Positions 50,208-63,510 of a stretch of 64,000 nt of DNA are shown piece by piece. The DNA lies in assembly GCF_006345805.1 (NCBI RefSeq), contig NC_043008.1, positions 33,790,001-33,854,000 on the forward strand. The letters are read 5' to 3'. Position numbers and translations under genes: made by a program. Source of the stretch: Octopus sinensis (Eukaryota). The notes under the pieces were generated by a model. The model was not told where the DNA came from. It ran no database searches and saw only the letters and a list, made by a program, of their open reading frames with translations. The first letter of the stretch is position 1, and the number at the start of each line of letters is the position of its first letter.

Positions 50208-52697
50208 AGGTATTTCGTGTTGCAAGACAGTGTGTGAGAGAGAATCGTGATGTGGTAGGAGAGAAGTGTGTTCGCACGGATGATGGTTCACTTGCGCTAA
50301 ATGAGGATGCAAAGAGAGAGAGGTTTGGAGATGCCACTATGAAAGGTTGCTGAATAAACAAAATGAATGGGATAAAGAGAGTCTGCCGAATGTTGACCCT
50401 ACAGAGGGACCAGCTATCTGAGTTGATAGTTCCGTGGTAGCTAAGGCAATTAGAAGCATGAAGACAGGGAAAGCCCCAGGCCCATCAGGAATTACTGCAG
50501 AGATGCTCAAAATATCTGGCAGAGTCGGCTATAACCTAGTCACCCGTATAGTCAACCAGGTAATACACGAAGGAATCATACTCAATGACTGGTGTAGCAG
50601 CATACTAGTCAACTGCTACAAAGGTAAAGGTGATGCCCTAGATACAAATAATTACAGAGGTATCAAGCTGTTGGATCAGGTAATGAAGGTTACGGAGAGG
50701 GTCATAGCCCAACTAATTAGAGAGAGAGTTAGTTTAGATGAGATGTAGTTTGGGTTCGTGCCAGGGAAAAGCACCACTGATGCTATATTCCTGGTAAGGC
50801 AGCTGCAGGAGAAATACCTAGCCAAAGATAAGCCCCTGTACCTGGCTTTTGTTGACATGGAGAAAGCCTTTGATAGGGTCCCCCGATCCCTCATCTGGTG
50901 GTCAATGAGGAAACTAGGGATAGATGAATGGCTGGTGAGGGCTGTGCAAGCCATGTATAGAGATGCAATAAGTAAGGTTAGGGTTGGCAACATGTACACA
51001 GAAGAATTCAAAGTAGAGGTTGGGGTCCACCAGGGTTCAGTACTCAGCACCCTCCTATTTATCATAGTCCTCCAGGCAATTATGGAGGAATTCAAGACAG
51101 GTTGCCCCTGGGAGCTCCTCTATGCTGACGACCTCGCTCTAATTGCTGAGTCACTATCAGAACTGGAGGAGAAGTTCCAGGTGTGGAAGGAGGGTTTAGA
51201 ATCGAGGGGCCTTAGAGTCAACCTAGCTAAAACCAAAGTACTAATAAGTAGAAAGGTAGACAATCCACAAACTATCCTCAGGAAGATGGCCCTGCTCGAT
51301 CGGTAGAAAAGGTGTAGGTAGAAACTCTATAAAATGTACCCAGTGTAAGCTATGGACACATAAGAGGTGCAGCAATGTCAAAGGTAGGCTAACTGGGAAG
51401 ATAGTTTTTGTATGTGGCAGATGTTCGGGAGCATTGACCTCCGAAAATCTGCAGAAAACAACTTCCGTCACTTTCCAGGGGGAAAAACTAGAAGTAGTTG
51501 ATAGCTTCCGTTATCTAGGTGACCAAGTCAGTAGTGGGTGCGCTGAAAGTGTAACTGCTAGAATAAGAATAGCCTGGGCAAAGTTTAGGGAGCTCTTACC
51601 TCTGCTGGTGACTAAAGGCCTCTCGCTCAGAGTAAAAGGCAGACTGTATGATGCATGTGTACGAACAGCCATGCTACATGGCAGTGAAACATGGGCCGTG
51701 ACTGCTGAGGACATGCGTAAGCTCGTGAGGAATGAAGCCAGTATGCTCCGATGGATGTGTAATGTCAGTGTACTTACTCGACAGAGCGTTAGTACCTTGA
51801 GAGAAATGTTGTACCTAAGAAGCATCAGTCGTGGTGTGCAAGAGAGACGATTGCATTGGTATGGTCATGTAGCGAGAATGGATGAAGATAGGTGTGTGAG
51901 AAAGTGCCAATCCCTAGCAGTTGAGGGAACCCATGGAAGAGGTAGACCCAGGAAAACCTGGGACGAGGTGGTGAAGCACGACCTTCGAACGTTAGGTCTC
52001 ACCATGGAAATGACTAGAGACCGAGACCTATGGAATTATGCTGTGTGTGAGAAGACCCGGCAAGACTAGTGAAGCCATAACCCGTGGCCCCTACCTGGGA
52101 CATAGTCAGTCCACCTGTGCATACCTTCCTTCTTGTGACACTTGTGAAGACCTGTTGAGGCAAGTGAAAATCAAAATCAAAACCAAAATCAAAATCAAAT
52201 CAAGTCAAATCAAAACAAATCAAAATAGATGAACATCAATGGAATTTGTATCCTTGTGGTACCAGTGCTGGTGGCACATAAGAAAACCATCCGAACGTGA
52301 CTGTAGCCAGTACCGCATCGACTGGCCTCCGTGCTGAGGGCACGTAACAAACACCATCCGAGCGTGGCCGTTCGCCAGCCTCGTCTGGCACCTGTGTCGG
52401 TGGCACATAAAAAACACCATCCGAGCGTTGCCGTCTGCCAGCCTTGTCTGGCACCTGTGTCGGTGGCACATAAAAACACCATCCGAGTGTGGCCGTCTGC
52501 CAGCCTCGTCTGGCACCTGTGTCGGTGGCACATAAAATCACCCACTACACTCTCGGAGTGGTTGGCATTAGGAAGGGCATCCAGCTGTAGAAACACTGCC
52601 AGATCTGACTGGCCTGGTGCAGCCTTCGAGCTTGCCAGACTGCAGTTGAACCGTCCAACCCATGCTAGCATGGAAAGCGGACGTTAAACGATGATGA

Positions 52698-52700
<3 letters not shown>
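50205..52700 (+). mobile_element. RTE LINE, 5'-truncated, next to (TA)n
   Basis: RT motifs (NYRGIKLLD, FVDMEKAFD, HQGSVLS, LLYADD); stop at about 50746 and frameshifts; repetitive 3'UTR and (GAT)n tail. Confidence 0.93.
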
Positions 52701-52736
<36 letters not shown>

Positions 52737-53189
52737 TATGTTGGATTCTCTTGTATGTAAACTACAAATGAGGGTTCAGTAAAATAAAGCATTAATCATG
52801 TTCTATAGACATGAATGTGTCTCTTGAGGCCTGCTAGTGCTTTGCAAACCTATTGGTGAATGGAACAAGTTGAGGACTCAGTTTGCTTCAGTGTATATGG
52901 ATCAATCACACTGTGTTTTCTTGAGTGGATGGCTAGACCTGCTTTGCTTTGAGCTATAAAATTATTATGACAGTTAAGGTTTCCATTTAGAAGAGCAGCA
53001 TTTTGCCAGGATCCCTACATGTTTGCACAAATTTGCTCACAATCACCAGTCCATTATCACTGAAGAATTGGGTATGAGACACGTATCTGCCAAGTTTGTG
53101 CCCAAATTGTCTCAGCTGACCAATAAGACACTCAGGTTTCAGTTGCACAAGATTTCTTTCCTTCACCTATGTTGGTGAAGGAGGTGACA

Positions 53190-53900
53190 GTTTTTAATGC
53201 TTTCCCATCAACATATACAGTAGGGTAACTTCAGGAAGATGGTCACAAATGGGTTGATGGACAACCTCAGTTTTTTTGATACTGATGGTCAGTGAGAAGC
53301 TGTTTAGAATCCATAGCATGTCCTCAAGAATGTGTGCTACAAGTGCACAGTCAGCTGTGAAGAGTAAATCTTGAACTGTTTGCACAAAAGTCTTACTTTT
53401 TGCTTTGAAATGCTGTTGGTTGAACAAACCACAACCAGTTCTGTGCTCAAACTTTACTCCTTCTTTAATACCCTTGAATGTTGTTTCCAATATGGTGGAG
53501 AAATAGAAAACAAATAAGAGTGGTGCAAGAACACAGCCACGTTTTGTCCCATTTGAAAGTGTGAATGAATCAAATGGTTTCATGCTAGATCTGAGAGAAG
53601 CCATCATCCCTTGATGTAAAGAAATGATGACATTGAGCATCTTTTCTGAAACACCCAGCTTTTTAAGGACAACCCAAAGAGCATCTCTAGATACGGTGCC
53701 AAAATGAAAGCTTTAGTTAGATCTGCAAAAATTACAAAAAGGTTTCCGTTGTGCTCACAAGCCTTTTCCTGCTGCTGCCTTAGGCTAAAAATCATATCCA
53801 CTGTGCCTCTACCAGCCTGAAATCTACAGAGATTCAGGGAACACCAAGCTGGCAAGGGCATCATTTAGTCTGTTTAAGATAAACCCTTGAAAGGAGCTTC
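53190..53900 (-). mobile_element. RTE/BovB-like LINE fragment
   Basis: FQAGRGTVDMIFSLRQ, FADLTKAF, GTKRGCVLAPLLF, LLFTADCAL. Confidence 0.8.
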
Positions 53901-54155
53901 CTGGCAACACACAAACGGGAGATACCTCTATGGTTGTCACATTCACATTTGTTGCCATTGTCCTGTGGGACTGATCCTGGTGCTCAGATTGAGGAGAAGA
54001 GTTCACATAACTTGTTCAGTAGGAAACAAATTTATGGAGACGGAAACACATCAACATCAATTGTCAAGCAGTGGTGATTGTGCCATGCAGTGAGACTGAA
54101 CTCAGAACCATGTGGCTGGGAAGCAAGCTTCTCATCGCACAGCCACTCCTGCGTC

Positions 54156-54232
<77 letters not shown>

Positions 54233-54345
54233 ATATATAAGCCCCATCACGGTAGAGAGAGAGAAATAGAGTAGGTAATAAAGAGCTTATCATTAAGAAA
54301 AGCTGACAATAGTAATAGGAAGGTATATATATATATATATATATA

Positions 54346-55226
54346 TACGAGGTCTGATCAATAAGTATCCAGACTGCTGCAATAGTATCAAAGCCAGAGC
54401 ATGATGAGGGAAACCACCTGGTAAAGATCACCTCCGAATTCTGCTGGGCAAGTGCACAAAGCTCCAACGTTCTAGCTCACTTCTACTGTTTCCAGCACTG
54501 CTTGGAAGGAAGGTGTGTAGAGTGCAACCATTGCCTTGACTATGACAGAGAAAGTTGTCATGGCGATACCTGCTCTGAGGCTCATGCAAAGTTGCAGAAA
54601 GTTATGAAGAGGAGTGTATGAGCTGTGCACAAGTGTACAAGTAGTTCAGACGTTTCCAAGATGGTAAAAAAAATGTCGATATTGATTACCATTCTGGGTG
54701 GCCTGCAACCAGCAGAACTGAGAAAAACATGGCAGATGTGCGTGCAGCAGTGTGGGGAAATTGTTGAATCACCATCCATGAGTTATCAGTGGATGTGCAG
54801 ATTAGTTACGGTTCGGTTCAGTCTATTATCACTGAAGTTTTGGTCATGAGACACGTGTCTGCCAAGTTTGTGCCAAAGCTGCTTTCAGCTGACCAGAAAC
54901 ACACTTGGTTCTCAGTTGCACAAAATCCTGATTGCATCGAGAATGATGAAAACTTTTTGAAAACTTTGCATAGGTCTCTGAGCAGGTATTACTAAGCTTT
55001 TGGCAAAATTTAATGCAGATTATCTGTTTAACTTTGTGGTTATTGTGATGACCACACACCAAACCCCTTCTTTCCAAACACTACTGTAAAAAAGGAGCCA
55101 GAATGTTAAAACTTAATATGCATGCACAACAGCGTTCTAGGTTAATCTGTGCCAAGTGGCCTCATTCTGTGTACCTCAGTTTGCTACTATGGCAACAGCC
55201 TGGATACTTATTGATCAGACAAGGTA
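54346..55226 (+). mobile_element. Internally deleted mariner element (same family as 48690-49570)
   Basis: TIRs tacgaggtctgatcaataagtatcc / ggatacttattgatcagacaaggta. Confidence 0.85.
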
Positions 55227-56002
55227 TATATGATTTATTTAGTTTTAAGTTCCTTTTAAATGTACCAGCATTAATGAGGTTGCCAAGTGTCTTGCAAGAC
55301 AAAGATCGTTTGAGGGGTGTGGTATTGATGGTGGTGGCTTTGTGCCAGGCGATGAGAGGTTGGAGTATGATGGGGGGATAGAAACAGGGGTCTTGCTGCC
55401 GAGGAGACAGAGTTTCCCCAGTTAGAGGGTGATGAGATTGAACAAGAGAGAGAGAGAAAGAGAGAAATGGTGGTGAGCCAGTTACTAACAAAGCAACAAG
55501 ATTTTCTGTGTTGAAGGAGTTCCCGGTGGGCATGGGGATGAGTCGGTGTGTTGGTTGACCTGTCAATGCATACACCCAAGTGTGTGCATCTATTCACTTA
55601 AAGAATTTCACATGAATCTATCTATCTATCTATATATATATATATATATATATGTGTATGTGTGTGCGTGTGTATGTGTATGTTTGTCCCTCCAACATTG
55701 CTTGACAACTGATGCTGGTGTGTTTACATGCCCGTACCTTAGTGGGTCAGCTAAAGAGACCGATAGAATAAGTACCAGGCTAACAAAGAATTAGTCCTGG
55801 GATCGATTTGCTCAACTAAAGGTGGTGCTCCAGTATGGCTGCAGTCAAATGACTGAAACAAGTAAAAGAATAAAAGGAAATGTATATATATCAATTTAGA
55901 ATGAGGGTGAGAAATTGGATATTGATTTAATTAAACTAACATCAATTTAACACCAGTGGTCTAGCATATTAAAAATCTGAAGGTTCAGTAAACTGTATTA
56001 TA

Positions 56003-56284
56003 TACAAATGAAAGGGATGACCACTATGTGGACAACCCTTATGCTAGAAGTAGATCCGCTGTGGTCTTACCACTAAGAAATGTTCTCAACAAAAATTTAG
56101 CAAACACCAGAATGTAAGCGAGCAAGACAAATGTAAAGTAACAAAATATAGATAATTTATATTTTGTTACTTTTCATTTGTCTTGCTTACTTACATTTTT
56201 CTTGGGAACATTTCTTAGTGGTAAGATCACAGCGGATCTATTTCTAGAATAAGGGTTGTCCACATAGTGATCATCTCTCTCATT

Positions 56285-56288
<4 letters not shown>
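56003..56288. repeat. Fold-back palindrome (~140-bp arms)
   Basis: gaccactatgtggacaacccttatgctagaagtagatccgctgtg... pairs with ...cacagcggatctatttctagaataagggttgtccacatagtgatc; loop near 56150. Confidence 0.85.
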
Positions 56289-56323
<35 letters not shown>

Positions 56324-56424
56324 ATGTATATATGTATGTATATATGTGTGTTTACATATATATGTATATATACATTTAGTAAAAGGTGAAAGATTTATCC
56401 GCTTGACATTTTTTTAATGCCCAG

Positions 56425-56532
56425 ATATTGTTAAGGAACGAACTATTCCATATATTCCATATGGCAGCACCTCTAACATAATTACTACAACAGATGATCA
56501 AACAGGTTCAGAGGAAAATACATCAGTTCTTG
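56425..56532 (+). CDS. Coding exon 5: Ser/Thr-rich extracellular stalk
   Basis: Acceptor tttttttaatgcccag|, donor |gtatgt; 108 nt, phase 1-1. (D)IVKERTIPYIPYGSTSNIITTTDDQTGSEENTSVL(V). Confidence 0.8.
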
Positions 56533-57249
56533 GTATGTATTTCTTTAAAGTGTATATGGAATGCTTGTTCCCCCTTCTATAAACTTCATCCATCTATCAA
56601 CATTGTTCATATTCATCCAACTGTCCATACACAGGATAGGACTTGTTTAGCTCAATTTTCTTCTTCTATCATATTTTTCCCCATTTTTATTTTCACTGAT
56701 CCCTCTGTGAATTGTGTCATCTCTGTCAACAACCTGTAGCCTTCTCAGCCTGCAGTCCCACTTTGTCAAGAACTCAGTAACAGTACACTATTTCTCCTTG
56801 AAACCCATTATTTGTTTACAATGAAGAAGAAGAATCCTTTCTATTATAGAAACAATGCCTGAAATTTTGGGGGAGGGGCTAGTCAGTTAGATTAATCCCA
56901 CTGCACAGCTGGTACTCATTTCATTGACCAAAAAGACAGTCAACTCATGCAGCATTTAAACTCAGAACATAAGATGGACAAAATGCTGCTGAGTATTTTG
57001 TCCATCCAGCTAACAATCCTTCCAGTTTGCTGCCTTAATGAAGAGGAATAATACAAGGAAGAAGCATTACTATGGAAGTGTTATAGTACCAACATATACA
57101 ATTTGAATGACCTATGTCAGTTACTTAAAAAGTTACACCTACTTTTGCTTTATTTTAGTTGCAGTCCTCATAACAAGCTATATACACTATTCTTTAATCC
57201 TTTTGAAATGTATTTCCCAAATGAACTTTTCTTTGATTTAATTTTTACA

Positions 57250-59300
57250 TTGATGGATTGGTCTTTATAACCAAATTTATATAATAATATACTGTCTTGA
57301 ATCACACTACATTTGGTTCATCCAAACTGAATTTTTGCTAGTTTAAAAATTTACTCGCAAAACCTTTTCTGTAAATTAGTTCTACCAACTTAAAATCTGG
57401 ACATTTATGCAACACCAATTATCTCTCATATTCTACCATCATGCTTGCTATCCAGATAGATAAAGATCCACAAGATAGGACTTGTTTAGCTCAATCTTCT
57501 TCTGATATTATATTTTCCTTATTTTCTTTTTTCACTGATCCTACTATTCCCGTTTCTTTGTTTCCCTTTCTCCCCTTCTTCTCTTTTGGTACGTTTATTT
57601 CTACATTTGTCTTATAACTTCCCTTGATGACCAAAGTGTAACACACAGAAAAAAAAAGACAGGAACAAGCAGTATAATATTATAATCTTCATTGTTAGAG
57701 CTTTAACACTGCTTTTCATACTTGTGACAATGTTAAATTGAACTGTTGTTTCTAGCAAAAGTCTTGTTCACGCTTGTGCTTTAAATTCACTTCAGAAGCA
57801 AAACAATAAACATTGAGCAGTGATTTCAAACTAAACAATACTGCCTTATTTATCATATATCGCCAGGGAATTTTCTTCAGCGAGGAATTTCCAAACATTT
57901 TGTGCCACTAATACTTTTTAGCTAGGAATTCGCCTGTTGTAGACCTCAAGCTTTTTTACGCTTGTGGTATACTTACATTCTTTTCAAAATTCGGTGGCAC
58001 ACCTGAACAAGGACTAGAACTAAAATTATAAGGAAACTGTTTATATTCAGGTTACACTGCGGCACACCTAGCATCATCTTGTGGCACACCAGCATGCAGC
58101 AGCATACCACTTGCAGAGCACTGCAGTAGGTTTCATTGCTGAATATTATCTTTTCTTCCAAAATGTCTTTTAAATAATCACAATAACTGTGAGTTTCTTT
58201 TTTTCTGTGAATTTATCAGTCTTTAAACTTTTCCCTGCACTGCTTTTTGTTTCATTATTTAAAAATATTTTTTTTTCAAATTACGTTTTTGTTTCTTGTC
58301 CATCATTTTAGCAGAGAGACTCATGAATGAAGGGATTTACATTTTCATCTTACATCTCTGTACCTCTCTGTAGGGGGAAACTGGTATGGATGGGGTTATG
58401 TTTCTTTTTGTTCTTGTTATTATGAAAAAAGGTTTGTCTCTTCATGAATCTCTATTCGCAGTTTTGCAGCCATCGACTTTTCGACTCAAGTATTTTATTT
58501 GATTTGGCTTCTTGTATCTCTATGTCATTGTAGTTTTTCAAGTAATTTTCCGTTGCTTTGTTCAGAGATTTCTTTTTGCATTAAGGTGTCACATATCCCA
58601 AGTTTCACTTTAAAGCGACGCGTGCAAAGCTCTAGAATGTTAATGTATGCTTTGAATCTTTGGTGTGCAAGATTTATTCTGGCTTTTGTTTCTTCATTTG
58701 GTTCTGATGTAATTTTCTTGGGACGAAATTTTCGTGGAAAAATCACTGGTTCTTGGTTTATCTATTGTGCGTATGTGTCTGTTAAATTTTCGTTTCTAAT
58801 TGCTTTCCCGTATGCTTCTTTTCTTTGATTTAATAAATTATTCCAGCTCTTTTTCATCTGAGTTCTTTTTCTTGAATGCTTCACTCTCCAAATGAATTTC
58901 ATACTATTCCTTAAAGATATCTTGTGTATTGGAATGTTCTCTTGTTAGTAGGGTAACACAGGAGGTTATATTTGGAGTTCTGATAGTGTGTTTGTATATA
59001 ATGTTTAAGGAAGCAATGGAATGATATTTTGTTGCCAAATCAGTAGTTTCGTTCTTGGCCACAATATTCATCCATGCTAAAGCAAGCCAATTTGATATGT
59101 TAATCTGACCTTCTATAGACTTTTGAATATACATATTAATGGCTTTCTGTAAAATGTCAGCCACTTGTACCAATATCCAATTATTAGATCTCTTCCAGGT
59201 ACCTTCCCATTATACAGTTTGCCTACAGCTATAGCGAAAGTTTCCAGGTTAATTGCATACATTCTGTTGTTGATGTTGGTACAGAATTCTCTCCTAATTG
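57250..59300 (-). mobile_element. R4/Dong-like LINE N-terminal and RT fragments
   Basis: KYHSIASLNIIYK (RT start motif) and KARINLAHQRFKAY; heavily degenerate. Confidence 0.55.
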
Positions 59301-59938
59301 TAGTTAGTTAGTTAATGCTTTAGAGTAATTAGCCATTCCTCTAGAGCTTAATGTGATGAGTCACCACAGTACTGGTTTCCCTTCTATTTAACCTATCCCA
59401 TCATCCATCTTCTCTCTCTCTCGCTCTCTCTCTTTCTCTCTCCAACTCTCTCCTTCTCTCTCTCCTGCTATGACTAACCAGTGACATTAATCTTTCTCTT
59501 CCATCTCCTCATGTCATTTCCATTACACCAATCCAATATTGTTTCCTCTTGACAATTGCTGTCTCACAACAATAAAAGTGTTCTTTCCACCCTATTTTAA
59601 CTATTCCCTCAACACCTCACCTAGAGTCATCCTTTTTCCTCTTATTCTCCCTTTCAGCCAGCGCATGGCTGAGATGACACAAAAGCATGACAACCTCTCT
59701 AGTGTCGATGTCAGAAAACCTGCATCCAGTACACTTTGTAAAGTGGTTTGAATTAGGAAGATTATCCAGCTGTAAAAACCATGCTGAACCTGAGATATCT
59801 GAGCAAGACATCATCCTTTAATCTCTTGGATTCTGTCAAACCATCCAGGCCATCTCAACATGGAAAACAGACATAAGATGTTGATGATGGCATGTGTATG
59901 TGCATGTAATTTATACACCCCCCACACACATACACACA

Positions 59939-59986
<48 letters not shown>

Positions 59987-60158
59987 ACTCCAAGAAAGTT
60001 AGGGGTTGTGAATCCATCCCACTAAGGGATAATATCTATCAAATATACTGTTGGTAGAATACCCAATTATTAATACACAAGTGTTTTTTATTGCAATGCA
60101 ATAACATTACCTAGTATATTAAATGGGTGAAGATAAAGAGATATTTTACCATTAATTT

Positions 60159-60721
60159 ATATTGCAAATAAGAAAAGAGAGGAGAACAATAGTTGGTTCA
60201 TCAACTTTAGGACATTAAAAATGTTAACTTATTTATTTATTAAACTGATAATTATAATAACATATATACATATAGTATATTATTCTATGCATATAAGATA
60301 AAGATACAAGTAATGATTAAAAACCATGAATATAAATAAGTAAATAACTTACAGCTGTTTCAGCCCATAGATAAAAGTATCTCATTCTGCCTATATTAGT
60401 CAAGTGTATTCAGGTAATAGGCAGATGAAAATGAGGTAGCCTAGATATATATATATATAAGTACCTCATTTTCATCTGCCCATTACCTCAATACACTTGG
60501 CTAATATAGGCAGAATGAGATACTTTTATCTATGGGCTGAAACAGCTGTAACATATTTTACTAATTTATAGTCATATTTTTAAATAATTACTTGTATCCT
60601 TATCTTATATGCATAGAATATGTGTATGTATGTTGTTATAATTAATAAATAAATAGGTTAACATTTTTAATGTCCTAAATTTGATGAACCAACTATTGTT
60701 CTCCTCCATTTTCTTATTTGC

Positions 60722-60726
<5 letters not shown>
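60159..60726. repeat. Fold-back palindrome (~285-bp arms around a (TA)n loop) of Penelope-like tails
   Basis: The arms share gctgaaacagctgtaa with 13590; divergence is mainly substitutions. Confidence 0.85.
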
Positions 60727-60769
<43 letters not shown>

Positions 60770-61564
60770 TACCTACCTACATATGTACATATAAACATTC
60801 AGACATACAAACCAACAAATAGCATGCACAACAGAATTCATCGCAATTTTTGTCTACCATTCACAAGATATTGGTCAACACAAAACTGTTGGAAAAGTAA
60901 TTTATTCACCAACCCAAGATTTTGCAGAGGGGGATTAAACCTGGAATTACATGGATTTGAAGCAATTTTTTAACAAACAGTAATGTCTTGTGAAATAACA
61001 GCTGTCCTTATTGTAACTGTTTTAGATTGATTAGATGGTAGTTGTTTTTTTTCCTGGTTAACTCCATGCTTTTGCAGTGTTTCTTACCTCTTAAGATGAT
61101 ACAGTGTGATTCGAGGAACATTTGGTTGCAATTACATGCTGATTCCTTGATTTGTCTCTTTTGTTCCCTGATAATTAGTTGTTAGGATCCTACAGTGTGG
61201 ATTGGTGGTAAATTCAGTTACTTTCATATTGGATGGAGGTGTGGATTCAGTGTCTACTGTTCAGAAAGACAGAATACCTCAGCCTCCCGAATCAGTCCAG
61301 ATGATGTGTGAGGAGTGAGAAAGAGCAAATTGGGTTAATGTTCATCAGAACAATGACTTCAGAAAAGAATATTTAAGATGGCTCTCTTCCAAAATACAGT
61401 ATGAAAGGTGATTAAAATGATTCATGGTGTTTGAATGAATTCAAATAATATTAAAGGTAACAGAAAAGCTACAAATTGTTGTAATATTTGACCATTAAAG
61501 AAGCAAAAATCAAACAAGCAAATTCTCTTTTTTAATGCTTTCCATTTTTCTCTTAACATTTCAG

Positions 61565-61631
61565 TCATTCTTTGCAGTGTTCTTATACCAACAATAGTCC
61601 TGCTTTGTATGTTATGCATCATAGTTACCAG
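61565..61631 (+). CDS. Coding exon 6: transmembrane helix, copy 2
   Basis: Acceptor ttaacatttcag|, donor |gtatgt; 67 nt, phase 1-2. (V)ILCSVLIPTIVLLCMLCIIVT(R). Confidence 0.9.
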
Positions 61632-61659
61632 GTATGTAATATAAGACTACATCTTACTT

Positions 61660-62480
61660 GTAGAACACTAGATAGAAGGACTGGTTAAATTGCTTTGGGT
61701 CTTGTTTAGTCTGGACCTCCTGTTGGACAAGAGCTTGGAGTGGGTGACAAACTGGGTAGCCAGTCTCCCCCAGAAATAAGCAGAGAGAAAGCTGTCATCA
61801 CTACTGTCATCTACTACTATCTGACTGTTGTCCTTTGCCCTGTTTTCTGGTTGATCAGCTGGAGCACTTGCTCTTCCCACTTCCTGTAGAAGGGACATGT
61901 CCCACTCCTCAGTCGGTCCATCTGCTGTCAACAGGTGCTGAGTGGAGAACTGGGAATGCCATGACAGTTTTCCTCTGTCTGATGGCTATGGCGAAAGAGG
62001 AAGTGTGGTGGGCATGGTTGAAAGGATTGAAGACAGGTACTTTCTCTTCAGCTGAGCCCTCATTTACTTTCTCAAGTTCCACTTGAAAAGGAAAATGAGG
62101 GTGGTGAGGAAAGTGCTGTCTCCTAGTATTGTTGTTGAAAGGTGGGTGAATGTAGTGCGGATGATCCATGTGAATGGGCCTACTCTGAACATACACTTGT
62201 AAGCCAGGAGGGTTGAGAAGATGAGAGGTGCTTGCTTGAGGTGCCTTTGGAAGTCAGGGTGAGGAATATGTGTGGAGTTCCTTGGTTGTCCTTAGGATAA
62301 ACTCCCATTATGTGGAGAATTTTATTGTTTATTTGTTGTTGGTATTTGTTATTGTTTAATTGTATGTACAAATTGTTGTGCTAAACTTCCCTTGCATTGC
62401 ATCATCCCTGTATGTTTTGTGTTCAGATCTTGTGGCCAATAAAAAGAAGATCATTAATATCATTATTATTATCATAATTA
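61660..62480 (+). mobile_element. Paralogous copy of the Tx1/L1 relic with deletions
   Basis: Matches 3787-4092 joined directly to 4617-5130. Confidence 0.8.
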
Positions 62481-62561
62481 TCTGATGAAAACACCCAGAT
62501 TATTTTGCTGGGTATGATGGAAAGTGTCAGCTGTCCACAGCCAGCAGACTAAGGTGACACT

Positions 62562-63206
62562 TGGTCATGCTTCAAGGACATTGCAAAGAATTCTTGCAGT
62601 TTCAAGCAATGATGATTTTTTTAGGTTCTTCTACTTTTACATTTGTACCAATCCTTTTGATCTGAGTTGGTAGTTGAGTGCTGATACTTCCAAGTGCATC
62701 AGTTACAATTGGTACCACATCTACTCTCCTCAATGACCACAACCTTAGTATTTCCCACTTCAAATTGTCATAGTCGTTCAGTTTCTCTTCTTTCTCTTTG
62801 ATCCTGTTGTCACCGGGTCATGCTATGTTGATTATCATGCATGGTCTTCCTTCTTTATTCCACCACAACAATGTTCAGTTTCCAATGTCTGGTCAGGTGA
62901 TTGCACTGAATCATTGCATCCCACAAGATTTTGCACTTTTCATCTTGGTGATTCCTTCAAGGGTTTGCTCATACCACATCTTTTTTTGTTATAGGCTGTG
63001 ATAAGGTGTTAAGTTAGCAGAAGTGTTACCATGTATTTCTTCTGGTTTTATGTTCTGCGTTCAAATACCATCAAGGCTAACTTCACCCTTCATCCTTTCA
63101 TCCAGCTGAGTATTGGAGTCACTGCAACTGACTAACCCTCTCCTCCCAAATTTCAGACCATGAGCCTATAAAAAAGATTATTACTATTATTATTAGGATG
63201 AATCAA
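62562..63206 (-). mobile_element. R4/Dong-like 3' fragment plus SINE, present only in copy 2
   Basis: KILWDAMIQCNH...VVPIVTDALG endonuclease region. The paralog reads ggtgacact|gacagttg without it (about 5210). Confidence 0.8.
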
Positions 63207-63510
63207 ACTGACAGTTGTTGTCATGTTAAATACAATATTTAGCAGCATTTCTTCTGGATCTTTACATGCTAAGTTCAAATACCACTGAAGTGGTATTAGT
63301 GCTTCATTCTTCTGGGGTTAATATAATATGTACCAATTGACTCACCACCAACCCCAAATTACTGGCCTTGTTCCTAATTTTGAAACCATCATTATCATTA
63401 TAAAACAAGATTAGTAAGAAGTATTATTATTTTTTTTTGTGATTATTAACAAAATTTAATTCTAAAATCTACTTAATGTTGTCTGATTAAATATGCTAAC
63501 ATTTTCTTAG

